A stretch of DNA of 64,000 nt from NCBI GenBank assembly GCA_964016885.1, contig OZ024741.1, positions 278,566,001 to 278,630,000 on the forward strand. The letters are read 5' to 3'. The position numbers and the translations under genes are program-made. The notes beneath the pieces were generated by a model. That model did no database searches and was not told the DNA's origin. It saw only the letters and a program-made list of their open reading frames with translations. Positions 26,065 through 39,632 of the stretch are shown in pieces (position 1 is the first letter of the stretch; each line of letters opens with the position of its first letter). The DNA is from Eledone cirrhosa. Taxonomy: Eukaryota.

Positions 26065-26694
26065 TATACATATTAGTATATAAATATGGAAGCAATATTG
26101 GGTACATATTGGTATAGAAAACCACTGCCTTACTTGCTGTTATTGGAACAGAGTTGGCCACCTGCAGGAGTGATCCCACAAGTTGGAATGGCTATTTCAA
26201 CACATCTCCCTCACTATCCTCCACATTAATACTTTCTCTATTCTGTCCATTTGGGACCATGAGACGTGTGTTCTACACATGTTTTATTGCATTTATTATA
26301 CCATTCATCATCATTATCATCATCGTCGTTGTTTTAATGTCTGCTTTCTCTGCTAGCAAGAGTTGGATGGGTCTGTATAAACCAAGTCTGTACAAAGCAA
26401 ACCACTGATCTCCCAGACAAGCTAGGAATCTCTGCCTCGTTTATGTATGGTCTCACATTCCATAAGTACTCATGGGAGGTTCTCATGACTTTAACACAAG
26501 TGAGAGTCCTCCCAACCTTTTGTCTGGCAAGTTTTCTTTGGCTGGATTCCCTTCCTATCACCAACCACTTTACAGCGTGTACTGGGTGTGTTCATCATGT
26601 AAATCACCGACATTAGGGAGGTTCCAACTGGAGGGTCCTTCTGACTCTTTGTTGGCAAGTTTTCTATGGCTGGATGCCCTTTCTATCACCAGAT

Positions 26695-26947
26695 TGGTCT
26701 GAGCTGGTTTGATACAATCATGTCTGATCAAATCCAGTCTGATCCGGTTTGGTTTGATCCAGCCTGATACAATTAAGTTTGATCTGATCCGGTCCAATCT
26801 GATCTGATCTGATCCAATCCAGTCTGGTACAGCCCAGTTTGATCCAATTCTGTTTGATCTGATCCAGTCTGATCCTGTCCAGTTTGATCCAACCTGGGGT
26901 CATTTGATCTGACCCAGTCTGATGTGGTTTGGCTTGATCCAGTCTGG
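26695..26947. repeat. Degenerate pentamer-based satellite (TGATC/CAGTC)
   Basis: Repeating tgatc-cagtc units. Confidence 0.85.
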
Positions 26948-26973
26948 TAAAAATTCAACTGAATTATTAGACC

Positions 26974-27036
<63 letters not shown>

Positions 27037-27339
27037 ATGATATTAATAAATGGAAACTATCTTTATAAAACCATATTTATTCTATTATATATATTTCAAG
27101 GGTATCTGTTGAGTGCTTTGAATCTGTTATAAATATATTTGTTGAATTACCAACAAATTAAATATCCCTTTGCTTATATATATATATATTGAGTATATGT
27201 TGGTTGTTTACTGACACCTCAGTATGCAGATTGGAGCACTTGACGAAGTATGCAGGTTGGTTTGTTTACTCCGGAATAATGTAAAATAATTAAGTCAAAT
27301 ATGTAAAATTTTGCTTCGTTTATTATAAATTATAGATAT

Positions 27340-27394
27340 ACTGTTATATATATTTCGGTGACAGCCATCATTGGCTGTGACCTCTTCAGGCAGT
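27340..27394 (-). ncRNA. Minimal hammerhead ribozyme
   Basis: actgc-CTGAAGA-GGTcACAGCCA(atga)TGGCTGTcACC-GAAA-TATATA-TA-acagt; one mismatch at the base of stem I. Confidence 0.72.
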
Positions 27395-30034
27395 CCGAAT
27401 TGGTGTGGGAAAGATAGGGACACATGTTGTTGAAGTGTGTTTTACTCCGTCAATACATCGATATGTCCAGCTCCTGATTGTGTTGTTATTTCTCTGATGA
27501 TCTGTAATCAATATATATATATATATGATGATGATGATGATATATAATGGCCTGAGGAAGACCACGAAAAACATGGGCGGAGGTGGTCCAGCTGATCTCA
27601 GATCACTGAAGCTCACGGAGGAGATGATGAAGGACCATGATGAATGGAGAGATGCTGTGCTGAATAGGGCCTGTCCAACCCTTGCAAGCAGTGGAAAGCA
27701 GACGTAAAATGATGATGATGATGATATAAGTTTTGATTTAGTGTTAAGAAATAAAAACTGATGATAAAATAAAAAATGTTTTAATAAATGAGGACCCTGA
27801 GAGTGTGCTTGCCCCTAAGCAATAGCTTATTTTGCTTATAAGTAAGTCGAACACTAGCTTTTCGGCTCAAGCCTTCTGCATGGCATCTTAGAGATAAGTC
27901 TTTTTACATTAGCCTCAAATTGACCAAAGACTTGTGATGGAAAGACTATTTTGAAGTCAGTTAGATAGACTTTACCTGTAATTCAAAGGCTCAGCCTTAT
28001 CACACTTTGTGTCCTGTTAGGTACACATGTCTATGGGATACTCAACCATTTACATGTTAATTTAATAAATAGTCCACTCTATTGATTAAACAACTATAAC
28101 AATTATAATAATAATTTCTTTACTGAAATTATAAGTGTCACATAATTTAAAACTTCAAGTGTTGACAAAATCTACATGCAAATGTTCATATCAGCATTAA
28201 ATGGAATTCACACCTAAGTGTATTAATCAGCAGCATCCATTGGAATATAGTGATTAAATTATGTTATCAATTTTACGAGATAGTTCATGATAATATTTTG
28301 TGCGCCATTAAAATTATTACTGTAAATATTTTGCAGTAAGTTGAATAGTGGAAAGTTGCAGTTTTCCTTGATCCTATTTTCTTTTTCCCAATTGAGCTTT
28401 TCTTTAAATGTCTTTATTTTCTTCATTAAAGCAATAATATTTTGATGTATGGCTCTGTAGAGAGATAGCTAAGTTATTCAATTCAGAAAAATATTGGAAA
28501 GTGAAGCTAATTGAAGAATTCACTTGTAATCTGGGAATCTTGAAGTTAAAGGATGATTATATTTTTCTGTTAAAAGAATTTCTACATTACTTCATAGTGG
28601 CATAATTTGCTGCAGAACTTTTCCTCTTTCTTGTGAGATAACCATCTCTTCTTCTGGTAACTGAGTAAATGTTCATATTCAGATCTGATTGAAAGACAAG
28701 CATCAGAGAGCTATCTGTTATTATGAGATTTTGACACTTTATAAAGTTTACAATTTGAGTGATGCCATTATTGAATGTAATTCTAATTATACACATTATG
28801 AAGCAAGATTTTCTCTCTAAAAACAACGTGATGACATTATTGAACCTAATTCTAATTATACACATTATGAAGCAAGATTTTCTCTCTAAAATAAACCCAG
28901 GTTATGTCATTATTGAATTTAATTCTAATTATACACAAGCAAGATTGTCTCTCTAAAAATAAAAATAAAAATTAAAACTGGTGGAAAACTTTAATTTGAG
29001 TATGAATTCTTTTTATTTTTCCACAAAATCCTTCCTGATCTCCAAGCATTGCTGAGAAACCCTCAGTATATGAACTGAAATACTCACTCCATCTTAATCT
29101 CTTCCTATTAAAACGTGAATCTACCATTACAAAAATATCATTTCCAGTTGAAGTAGAAAATGATTTTACAGAATAGAATGTCCTCTTTCATGCTTTTTTT
29201 ACCATAAGTTGAGCATCTTTACTTTTATGTAACCAAATACTGAAAACATCTCTTGCCTTCATTACAGAAATCAATTGTTCTTTAAAACCTCTTGAAATAT
29301 CATTAATAAGATTATAGACCATATAATTTAATATGTACTGCAATGTACTGATACATGTATGTACAGTAACTTGTTAGCAACATCATTTCCACAGGAAATA
29401 TAAGCTATATCATTGGTTGATGGTTTTACAAAGACGTCGTCTCCATCATATCATCATGAGGATGATGATCATGATCATTGTTTAATGTCCACTTTCCATT
29501 CTAGTGAGGTTTTGGATGGGTCTTCATAGACCAAATTAGTAATGAAGCAGGGCTACTGATCTCCCAGATAGGCTGGTGGTCTGCATCTTGCTGACTTACA
29601 GTCTCACATTCTACCAAGTGCACCAGCACAAGAGAGGTTGTCATGTCTTTGTCACATATGAAGGATCCTCCCAACTCTTTGTTTGGCAAGCTTTCTACAG
29701 CTGGATGCCCTTCTTATCACCAACCACTTTACAGCATGTACTGGGTGTGTTAATCGTGTAGATCACCAACACTAGGAAATTGTGTTGTCTTCGACACAAC
29801 TGAAGTGTCCTCAGGAATTCTTTGATTTTGTTATCCACCTAGAAACCATATGACTCCAATCTGGTTTTTGTACAGAAAATAATACCATTGTTTGATTGAT
29901 CTAAGTCATCATTTTTCCTCCAAAGACAAATTTTTCTTTCTTTCTGAAATCTTTGTTGTTGTTTTTTTGTCTCCAAATGCCTTTTCAATTTTTATGTTTT
30001 GATATTTTGTTACTACTACTAATAATAATAATTG

Positions 30035-30515
30035 TGGCTAGAATGAACAGTATAAGATCATGTGGGACATAACCATCCAATGTGACCATTTTATCGTGAC
30101 TAGAAAGCCTAAAATTGTTGTCATAAAAAAATAGAATAACAAGGCAAATATTATGGATATTACCTCACCCTGAGACAACAGGGTGAATGAGAAGGAAAGT
30201 GAGAAAATTGAGAAATACCAGGAGCTGAAGAGAAAAATCAGGAAACTGGCGAATCAGACACATAGAAGTGGTACTAATTGTGGTTGGTACACTGGGAGCA
30301 GTTAGTAAAAGGTTAGATGTATGGTTTGAGAAGCTAGGAATTACCATGAAGACAGGATTGTTGCAGAAAACAGCCTTGCTAGGAACAGTAAGGATTCTAA
30401 GGAGGGTGTTAGAAAGTTTAAGAAGAAGGACTTTTGGCCATTGGTTATGGCTTGCTCTCTTGGTAGAGTGTTGCTATAACATCTGCCAGAGCAAAAGCAT
30501 TACATATGATAATAA
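30035..30515 (+). mobile_element. Degraded Dong/R4-like RLE 3' fragment
   Basis: IMWDITIQCD, IVVGTLG, QKTALLGTVRILRRVL; taataat flanks. Confidence 0.75.
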
Positions 30516-30519
30516 TATT

Positions 30520-30948
30520 GGTTTCTGATTTAAGCACAAGGCCAACAATCTTGAGGGAGGGGGAAATTGATTAAATCGACTCCAGTTCATTACTGGTACT
30601 TAATTTTCTCGCCCCCGTAAGGATGAAAGGCAAAGCTAACATCGGCAAGATTTGAACTCAGAACAACAATAATAATAATAATAATTAATAATAATAATAA
30701 TTGTTTCTACTTTTTGCACAAGGCCAGCAATTATCCCAGTGTATTACTGGTACTTTATAGTAATTGTTTCTACGTTAGGCACAAGGCCAGCAATTACCCA
30801 GTACATTACTGGTACTTTATTTTATCGACCCCCGTAAGGATGAAAGGCAAAGTTGACCTCAGCGGGATTTGAACTCAGAATGGAAAGGGCCGTAACTCTA
30901 TGCGTCAAAGCATGACGTCCGACCCTCTACCGATACTGCCACTCCACA
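30520..30948 (-). mobile_element. Tandem Deu/Nin-like SINE copies and fragments
   Basis: Reverse complement of the same consensus, separated by (AAT)n. Confidence 0.8.
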
Positions 30949-31112
30949 ATAATAATATCCACTAACAATAGTATTTACTATATTTATACATTATAACTGA
31001 ATCTTAAATTTTTAAAAGAAATATTTTGTATTTTAATTTCTTTTTCTGGTAAATGAATATGATTTCATAGAATGAAGTTATACAAATCGTCTTTTATACT
31101 TCGATATTTCAG

Positions 31113-31239
31113 AGCTCTATTTGAAAAAGATAAATTACTCTTTTCATTTTTGCTCTGTGCAATGATAAAGAAAGACAAAAATGAAATCCTGCCAGAAGAA
31201 TGGAATTATTTTCTGCGTGGATCCGGTGGATTTGAAGAG
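31113..31239 (+). CDS. DNAH6: Dynein heavy chain exon
   Basis: atttcAG/GTAAAA; (R)ALFEKDKLLFSFLLC...EEWNYFLRG. Confidence 0.93.
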
Positions 31240-31469
31240 GTAAAAATCAAATGCTCAAATATTTCTAACCCCCATAGCTAAGAACTAAATGTCTACAATT
31301 TATAAAATTGTATATACAGGTAAGTATACCTCACCCTATGTCATTACTTGGTTCCAGAAGTCAAGACTTAAGTTGAAAAATGCTGAATGTTGAATTAACC
31401 TCCCTATAAACCACTAATTAGCATTCCCCAGCACTGTACTTTAACATACATACAGTATGCAGCACAGTA

Positions 31470-32636
31470 CACTATTATTTATGCAAATTTCTCACTTAGT
31501 TCGTTTAGGCTTTGCTGTTTGTGTATATTACTATTACACATCTATCGGAGCATGCGTGATTCATTTCTTTCCAATCTGTGCAGATCTTCTGCACACAATG
31601 CCCAGGTCTCACTACCATGTAATATTGCTGTTCATATACAAGCATCATACAATCTGTCTTTCATTTTTGTGGTCAACAGCAGTATTAGCTCTCTGAACTT
31701 TTTCCATCCCATTCTTACTCTGGTTACTGTACTTTCAGATCATCCTCCTCCACTGTTGATTTTGTCATCCAGGTAACAGAAAGTGTCTTCTATTTCTATA
31801 GAACCAGCTGGGCAGTTGAAGGAGTTAGTATCCAGTGGGCACTTGCTACTTACTGCACCTGAGCTTCGGCTACATATAAAACCTACATTCTTTGATAGCT
31901 TGCCTGTGATCCCACTACATCTTTTATGTATCCATAGCGTTCATTTGGGACATAGAATGGAGTTTCTACCTACTCCTTTCCTACACACTGAGCAAGTCCA
32001 TTTCCTAGAGGGAACCTGTGCCTTATTTACCTTTCTACATACTAGAACTTTAGTCTTAGACAAGTTAACTTTAAGGCCTTTTGATTCTAGTCCATGCTTC
32101 CAGGTTTGGAATTTTTTCTCTAGTTCTGCCATAGATTCAGCTATGAGAGTTAGATCATCTGCATATAGAAGTTCCTAGTTTTATAAGAGCCTACTAGATA
32201 ATGGAGTGGAGGACTCTGTCAAACGCTTTTTCCAAGTCAGCAAAAGCTAAGTTGAGGGTTTACTTTTAGCTAGGTACTTCCCCTGTAGTTGCCGTACAAG
32301 GAAGAGAGCATCCATGGTACTTTTACCTGGCACAAACCCAAACTGCATTTCATCTAGATCAATTTGGTCCCTAATCAGCTGTGCAACAACAATTTCTGTG
32401 ACCTTCATGACCTGGCCAACTAACTTAATGCCTCTATAGTTTTCTCTATCTAGAACATCTCCTTTGCCCTTGTAGCAGTAAACGATGCTACTGCTATGCC
32501 AGTCATTTGGTATGACCCCATTCTGTATTACTTGGTTTACTATCCGGGTGACCTGGTATGCACCACCATTCCAGATGCTTTCAACATCTCAGCAACTATC
32601 CCCGAAGGCCCAGCTGCCTTGCCTATCTTCATATCT
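31470..32636 (-). mobile_element. RTE-clade LINE fragment, same family as 14430-16830
   Basis: AELEKKFQTWKHGLESKGLKVNLSKTK identical between the two copies. Confidence 0.88.
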
Positions 32637-33488
32637 ATGTAGGCATAAATATACATAAATACAGAGACATGTTTGTGCACTGGAATTGATAGTGTCAATC
32701 TAAATGCACTGAAACTATAGTGATTTCCAAAGGTTGACTGGAGACAAGGAACTGTTCATTTTTCTGGGGTTTTTCTGTTGTCTCTATCTTGGGTGTCTTC
32801 TCTTTTTATACATAAATATATTCGCGTGTGTGTATAAACACATGTATACACTTGCAAATATTGCATACACATACATATATGCTTAAATACATGCATATAC
32901 ATATATATATGTGTGTGTATGTGTATATTTGCATGTGTGTGTGTATGTTTGAGTATGTATGTGTGTGTATGCTTGTGTGTATGTTTGTGTGTGTCTATGT
33001 TTGTATGTTGGCATGTGTATGTTTGTATGTGTGTGTGTGTGAAATGATAAATTACTCTGTTATTAATCTGACTTTTTTTATCTGCATAAAAGAATGAGCA
33101 GTGTTTGTGTTGATTCTCGGTTAGAATATCTTAAATGTCAGTTCATTCATGATTACATTGCTCACACAATAATATTTTCATCACTACTCCCTTCCTACAT
33201 ATCATACATGACTTCCTACATATCATACCATGATGCTAATGGATTGCGGGAAATCCCTCATAATATATTCTTGGCAAGACTTCCACTTGATTCAATTCTC
33301 TACTGCAATATTGAATTGATGTTGCAACATAAAAAAAAAAAAAAATTATGTCATTTGCAACAAAACCTCTCTTGGGTATCCAATCCTGGATTTTATTAAT
33401 ATGAAATACATAATGAGAAATGGTGAGAAATTATTCTATGTTTCTACCCCAAACTTGAATTGAATTCTTTGTTTAATCAGTTTATTGG

Positions 33489-33533
<45 letters not shown>

Positions 33534-33638
33534 TGCGTGTGTGTGTGGTTTTATTTACAGCAGACAAGTCTATAAATATTTGTAGTTTCTCAAAAAAAAA
33601 AATTATAAATATATATATATATATTTTATATATGTATA

Positions 33639-33681
<43 letters not shown>

Positions 33682-33844
33682 ATGTATGTATATATATATT
33701 TATGTAGGTATATATATAAATGAAATATATATATGTGTGTGTGTATGTGTATGTGTTTGTGTGTGTGCATATGTATATATGTCAATTCTGTAAAGCTATT
33801 ATTAAAGTTATTAATAAGGTTTTCTTACATAGAAGGTAATGAAT

Positions 33845-34200
33845 TGATATACTAAATTGTCATCACCATCACTACCGTCATCATAGCCATCATAATCATC
33901 ACCATCACTACCTTCATCATTACCATCAACAACAACTACAACATTTTCATGGGAGGGGGGGGGGGGTTTCCATATTAACAAGAGTTGGATGGGTTTGCTA
34001 TACAAAATATATCACCACATATTAATCTTTTGTTGTTATATGTGAGGCAAAACATCCTGAAATCTTACTTCATTACTTCTCTTGTTTCTGTAGCTTCCTT
34101 ATATCAAATAAATTGACAAGATCCCAGCCTTCATTTGCTTACCGAGTGGGGTGGAACTGTCTAATCTGACCATTGCTGTTACTCTCTGCTGGTCACAACT
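33845..34200 (+). repeat. Near-identical duplicate of 10915-11289
   Basis: gatatactaaattgtcatcacc...ctggtcacaact present at both loci. Confidence 0.88.
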
Positions 34201-35081
34201 TACTTTTTTGCATACTGAAAAAAAGCCCTTTATTGCTACAAGAACCAAAAGTTCCCTTAATTTTTTTTAATACATTCATTAGTCTATAACGCCCTCTAAC
34301 ACTAAATATACCAATCAAGTAATTAACTATCTCCTAATATATAATACACTTGTGTATTTGTCCATTACAAGAGATGACTGAGGAAGTAAGGGGTTATGAC
34401 AAACTGAAAAAGGAAGGAGTGATAACATTGACTGATGAAAGGGAGGGATGATATCGTTGACTGACGTCGATGAGAAGAGAAGGGGTGATAACATCAACTA
34501 AGGAAGGAAGGGGTGGCAGTGACCAGTATTTGTTATATCTGTGTGTGTCTATATGTATAGCAAATTGACTACACACATTGGTTGTTATGATTATGTGTGT
34601 GTTTGTGTAAATTATATTTATATATAATATTTGTGAGATTGTATGTGTGTTTGTGTGTGTTTAGAAAGATACATAGACAATAGAATTACAAACACATATG
34701 AATATATAAAAAGACACACTTAGAAAAATGTATGTGATGAGTAAGGAAGGAGGGGGTGAGAAACTATAGAAGTCCAGCGTTCTAAGATTTGTCACAGCTG
34801 GGTGTATGTATGTTTGTATCACTTGTGTGAGTGAGCGCAAAGGAACCAACCATCCAACAAACAAACATCTCTTTTTTTTATTATGTGTAGATATTACAAT
34901 TAGCCATCATTGTTTATGGCAAGGGGCCTGCTAGTATATAATATTTTCTAGTTTTGTTTGAAACAATTTTATTTTTAAAGGAATGAAACTTTTTTATTGT
35001 AGTGAAATGAAGTGTTTCTGTGGATGTTTTACTGATTTCTAATTAAAATGCAATGTCTTTTGCTCTTAATATATTTTATAG

Positions 35082-35228
35082 AAGTATCCAGAAGCACCTG
35101 ATGTTGAAGGTCTATCTCATAAGACATGGCGGGCAGCTTGTGACTTAAGTAGAGGTTTAACCTCATTTGCAACACTGAATGAAGATATCATAGAGAAGAA
35201 CACCAAAGTTTCAATAGGAGATGTTGTG
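35082..35228 (+). CDS. DNAH6: Dynein heavy chain exon (3' boundary slightly uncertain)
   Basis: ttttatAG/GTACAA; KYPEAPDVEGLSHKTWRAACDLSRGLTSFATLNEDIIEKNTKVSIGDVV; open, phase 0. Confidence 0.8.
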
Positions 35229-35446
35229 GTACAAAATTGAATACATTTTGTTTTTGATGGAGTCATAGTTACATATGACATGTTTTGGGCATTTAAAACC
35301 AGGTGGAGCCCATTCCTTCTCCATGTCTGAACACAGACAATTCCTTCCAGAGAAGGAGTAAGAAAGTGACAGAGAGGAAGTGAGAAAGAGATATAGAGGA
35401 AAAATCGACATCAGTACTGGACTGGTATTTTTTTTATCAACCTCAA

Positions 35447-36815
35447 AAGTAGTAGTCTAACTGTATAGATATTGTAGACTGAAAGATGGATGGTCTAAAA
35501 TAGTAATCGTACTATTTAAATATTGTAGACTGAAAGATAGATGGTTTAAAATAGTAGCCTTACTGTTTAAATATTGGTTGTTGAAAGATGTGTGGTTTAA
35601 AATAGTAGTCTTACTGTATAAATATTGGATGTTGAAAGATAGATGGTTTAAAATAGTAGTCTTACTGTATAAATATTGGTTGTTGAAAGATAGATGGTTT
35701 AAAATAGTAGTCTTACTGTTTAAATATTGGTTGTTGAAAGATGTGTGGTTTAAAATTGTAGTCTAACTATATAAATATTGGTTGTTGAAAGATAGATGGT
35801 TAAAAATAGTAGTCTAACTATATAAATATTGGTTGTTGAAAGATAGATGGTTTAAAATAGTAGTCTAATTATATAAATATTGGTTGTTGAAAGATAGATG
35901 GTTTAAAATAGTAGTCTAACTATATAAATATTGGTTGTTGAAAGATAGATGGTTTAAAATTGTAGTCTAACTATATAAATATTGGTTGTTGAAAGATAGA
36001 TGGTTTAAAATAGTAGTCTAACTATATAAATATTGGTTGTTGAAAGATAGATGGTTTAAAATTGTAGTCTTACTGTATAAATATTGGTTGTTGAAAGATA
36101 GATGGCTTAAAATTGTAGTCTAACTATATAAATATTGGTTGTTGAAAGATAGATGGTTTAAAATTGTAGTCTAACTATATAAATATTGGTTGTTGAAAGA
36201 TAGATGGTTTAAAATAGTAGTCTAACTATATAAATATTGGTTGTTGAAAGATAGATGGTTTAAAATTGTAGTCTAACTGTATAAATATTGGTTGTTGAAA
36301 GATAGATGGTTTAAAATAGTAGTCTTACTGTATAAATATTGGTTGTTGAAAGATAGATGGCTTAAAATTGTAGTCTAACTATATAAATATTGGTTGTTGA
36401 AAGATAGATGGTTTAAAATTGTAGTCTAACTATATAAATATTGGTTGTTGAAAGATAGATGGTTTAAAATAGTAGTCTTACTGTATAAATATTGGTTGTT
36501 GAAAGATAGATGGTTTAAAATTGTAGTCTAACTATATAAATATTGGTTGTTGAAAGATAGATGGTTTAAAATAGTAGTCTTACTGTATAAATATTGGTTG
36601 TTGAAAGATAGATGGGTTAAAATAGTAGTCTTACTGTATAAATATTGGTTGTTGAAAGATAGATGGTTAAAAATAGTAGTCTCACTGTTTAAATATTGGA
36701 TGTTGAAAGATAGATGGTTAAAAATAGTAGTCTAACTATATAAATATTGGTTGTTGAAAGATAGATGGTTAAAAATAGTAGTCTCACTGTTTAAATATTG
36801 GCTGTTGAAAGATGA
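35447..36815. repeat. 51-bp minisatellite, about 27 copies
   Basis: Unit ttggttgttgaaagatagatggtttaaaatagtagtctaactatataaata. Confidence 0.95.
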
Positions 36816-37436
36816 AGCAATGCTAAGAAAATATTTTAACTTTGTTATAAATATTAGCCGATAAGAAAAAGGAGGAGTTCTGGAAGAATAAAAAACAACA
36901 GTTCTTGTCATCACTAACATCATACATTCACACAAACTAGGATATATGTGTTTTGATAAATTATATATATATATATATATATGGACCCATAACTCATGAG
37001 GGAATTGTAGGGGTGCCATATTTACACATGGCATTACTATGGCATTTTAAAACCTGATGGAACCAATCTCTTCTCCAGGTCTGAATACAGCAGATTTCTT
37101 CCAGAGAAAGATAGAGAGTGAGAGAAAGGAAGTGAGAAAGATGTATAGAGGAAGAATTGACCCTAGATCTAGACTGGTACTTTTTTATCGACCTTAAATG
37201 GATGAAAGGCAAAGTTGACCTTGGTGGGATTTGAACTCAGAGAGCAGAGAGTTTGAATGAATACTCCAAAGCGTTCTGTCCAATCTTCTAATGGCTCTGC
37301 CAATTTGCTGCTTTCGATAAATTGATTGGTTGCATACTAGAAACCCTATTTATATTGATTACTGACACATGGAAATGGTTAAAGATAAAAATATTTTTAT
37401 AATTTATTTCTTGGATATAATTACTTAAATGTTCAG

Positions 37437-37466
37437 TATATATTTACAAATGATACAAGATTAAAT
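37437..37466 (+). CDS. Candidate 30-nt micro-exon of the dynein gene (YIFTNDTRLN)
   Basis: ttcAG acceptor, GTATGA donor, phase 0/0, open frame; falls in a variable linker. Confidence 0.4.
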
Positions 37467-38881
37467 GTATGAATAACTTTGGAGAAATAACTAGTTACAG
37501 GGACAAATGTAGAGTTAAAACCTAGAACCTTGTAATTGGAAAGTGAACTTCTTATTGTTGCAAAATGGCTCAGATAGGAACTGCATTGTGTGTAAGTGAA
37601 TGTATGTTTGTGTGTATGTGTGTATATAAAAGGATTATAAATGGAGAATTGACAACTTCTTTTTTCAACCTTAAGAGTCTTCATTCTATTTTAAAAGCTA
37701 TTTTATAGCATCTCTAAGCATAAGCACACCGCTCTTTATATTAACGTTATCTCATCAGCGCTTCGTAAAAGTCCAAGAGGTTGGCTACATGTAAATATAT
37801 TTTAATATGCAAAAAGACATGGCATATTATTATGGTTGATTTCAAAGTGACAACTCAGTTGATTTTTAGGCCATCTTTAGATATCATGATTTAGCAATTT
37901 AACCCTTTTATGACCATATTTCTCATGAAATACACAGAAAAAAAACATTAAAAAAATATTACAGGCCAATATTATATTGTAATTAAAACATAATAATTTC
38001 TAAATGAAACAAAAAGAAAAATGAAAGGGAAAGAAGAAAAAGAAAAAAGAGAATCAAGCAATGAAAGAAAGGGATAGGGGAGGGAGAGACAGACTCTACA
38101 CTCCAGTCTGGGTGGTGATTTGGCCGTGCCCTGTAGAGAGAATGGCAAAGGCATTGCGATGGAGAATAGCCAGTGACACTACAACAGCCACCCCACCTCA
38201 TGCAGCTCCTTCTTCAGACAGGCTGCTATTTTTCTGATTATGTATTATGTATATGAATTAATTAATGAAGTACATAGAGGGGTTTATTAAAATTATTGAT
38301 TATTTTTTAATCTAAATGGTATTTGTAACACAACAAAGAAGTTCTTATATCATGATGGGTTGAGACACAGTGTCTTACTTAGATATGTTTTATTGGGTCA
38401 TAATTTCTACAGGTGACTGCACTTTACAGATTATACTGGGTGCATTTTATTGTGGCACCAGCAATAGGGACATTGTCATATCATTGACACAGCTGAAGAG
38501 TTCTGTCTACTTTCTTTACATGGTTTCTAAGACTGGATCTCTCTCTCCCTTCCTCCTAACCCCCCCCCCCCCTCACACACAGACAGACACACATGTTTTT
38601 ATATCATATTGTTGTTGACAATCAAGTAAGTCATGTGTTGACCATTAATTCTTTTTACTTTATTCTATCTTGCCTTTGCTGATTTTTTAATTGATGATTT
38701 AACATTTTTTTTTTACAAAGCTGTATTCTATGCCGTATGCTACGAAAACTAACAAAGCTACCCCTCAATGTAATTGCTATTCTAATAGAAATAAACTAGA
38801 TCCTCTATGTTGCTTGTGTTGTCTCAGATAGCATGATCTGTAATAAATATTTAGATATCATTTTCTTTTCTGTTGATATAG

Positions 38882-38992
38882 GTGAACTCTCTTCACCAAA
38901 AACCACTAAAATATGATTATTCTGAAAACTTCAATAACAGCTTGACTCCCTTCCAGAAACTTATCTTTATCAAAACATTCTATGAAGAGAAG
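38882..38992 (+). CDS. DNAH6: Dynein heavy chain exon
   Basis: tttctgttgatatAG/GTAAAA; ...FNNSLTPFQKLIFIKTFYEEK. Confidence 0.87.
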
Positions 38993-39048
38993 GTAAAATA
39001 ATGAAAAAAATTCTTACTTTTGCCCTAGTATCATTAGCTCTATCTATC

Positions 39049-39080
<32 letters not shown>

Positions 39081-39632
39081 TGAGAGAGAGAGAGAGAGAG
39101 AGAATGTATACTTTATTAAAAACTGAAGTTTTTTTTAATAATTTCTGTTTTTGAACTCTGTGTTTGTATTTATTTTTGAACTATATATAAGTTAGTTAGG
39201 TATGTAACAACAGTTACAGGCTGTGTGCCGTTCAAAGCACTTATTGCTGTTACAAGGTCTGTTTATTTTGGGTGTCTTATAGCTGTAGTGTATTTTGAGC
39301 TGATCAATATCAAAACAATTGTAATATGCAAATAAAGTTTGTGCATATGCTGCAACACTGATTTCGACTCTTTTAAATCTCTCTCTCTCTCTCTTATAGT
39401 TATATATATAGTTCAAGAATAAACAAGACAAACACAAAGGTGTAAAAACATAGTCTTATTAGGTTCATGCTTAGGAAGAAGTTAATGATGATTGCATATA
39501 AATGAAATAGTTCTAGACCTGTAGAAATTATTTTTATATAAAATAAAGATGCTATACTCTACTAATGTATTGAGTACCTTTTTTAACTGCGGTCACCTAA
39601 TACTCATTGGGAATCTACCCATAATATTATAT

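Noticed and set aside
35447-36815. Regular 51-bp array (and the 36-bp array at 21669) as CRISPR-like
   Set aside because: Head-to-tail units without unique spacers, no cas genes, eukaryotic intron.
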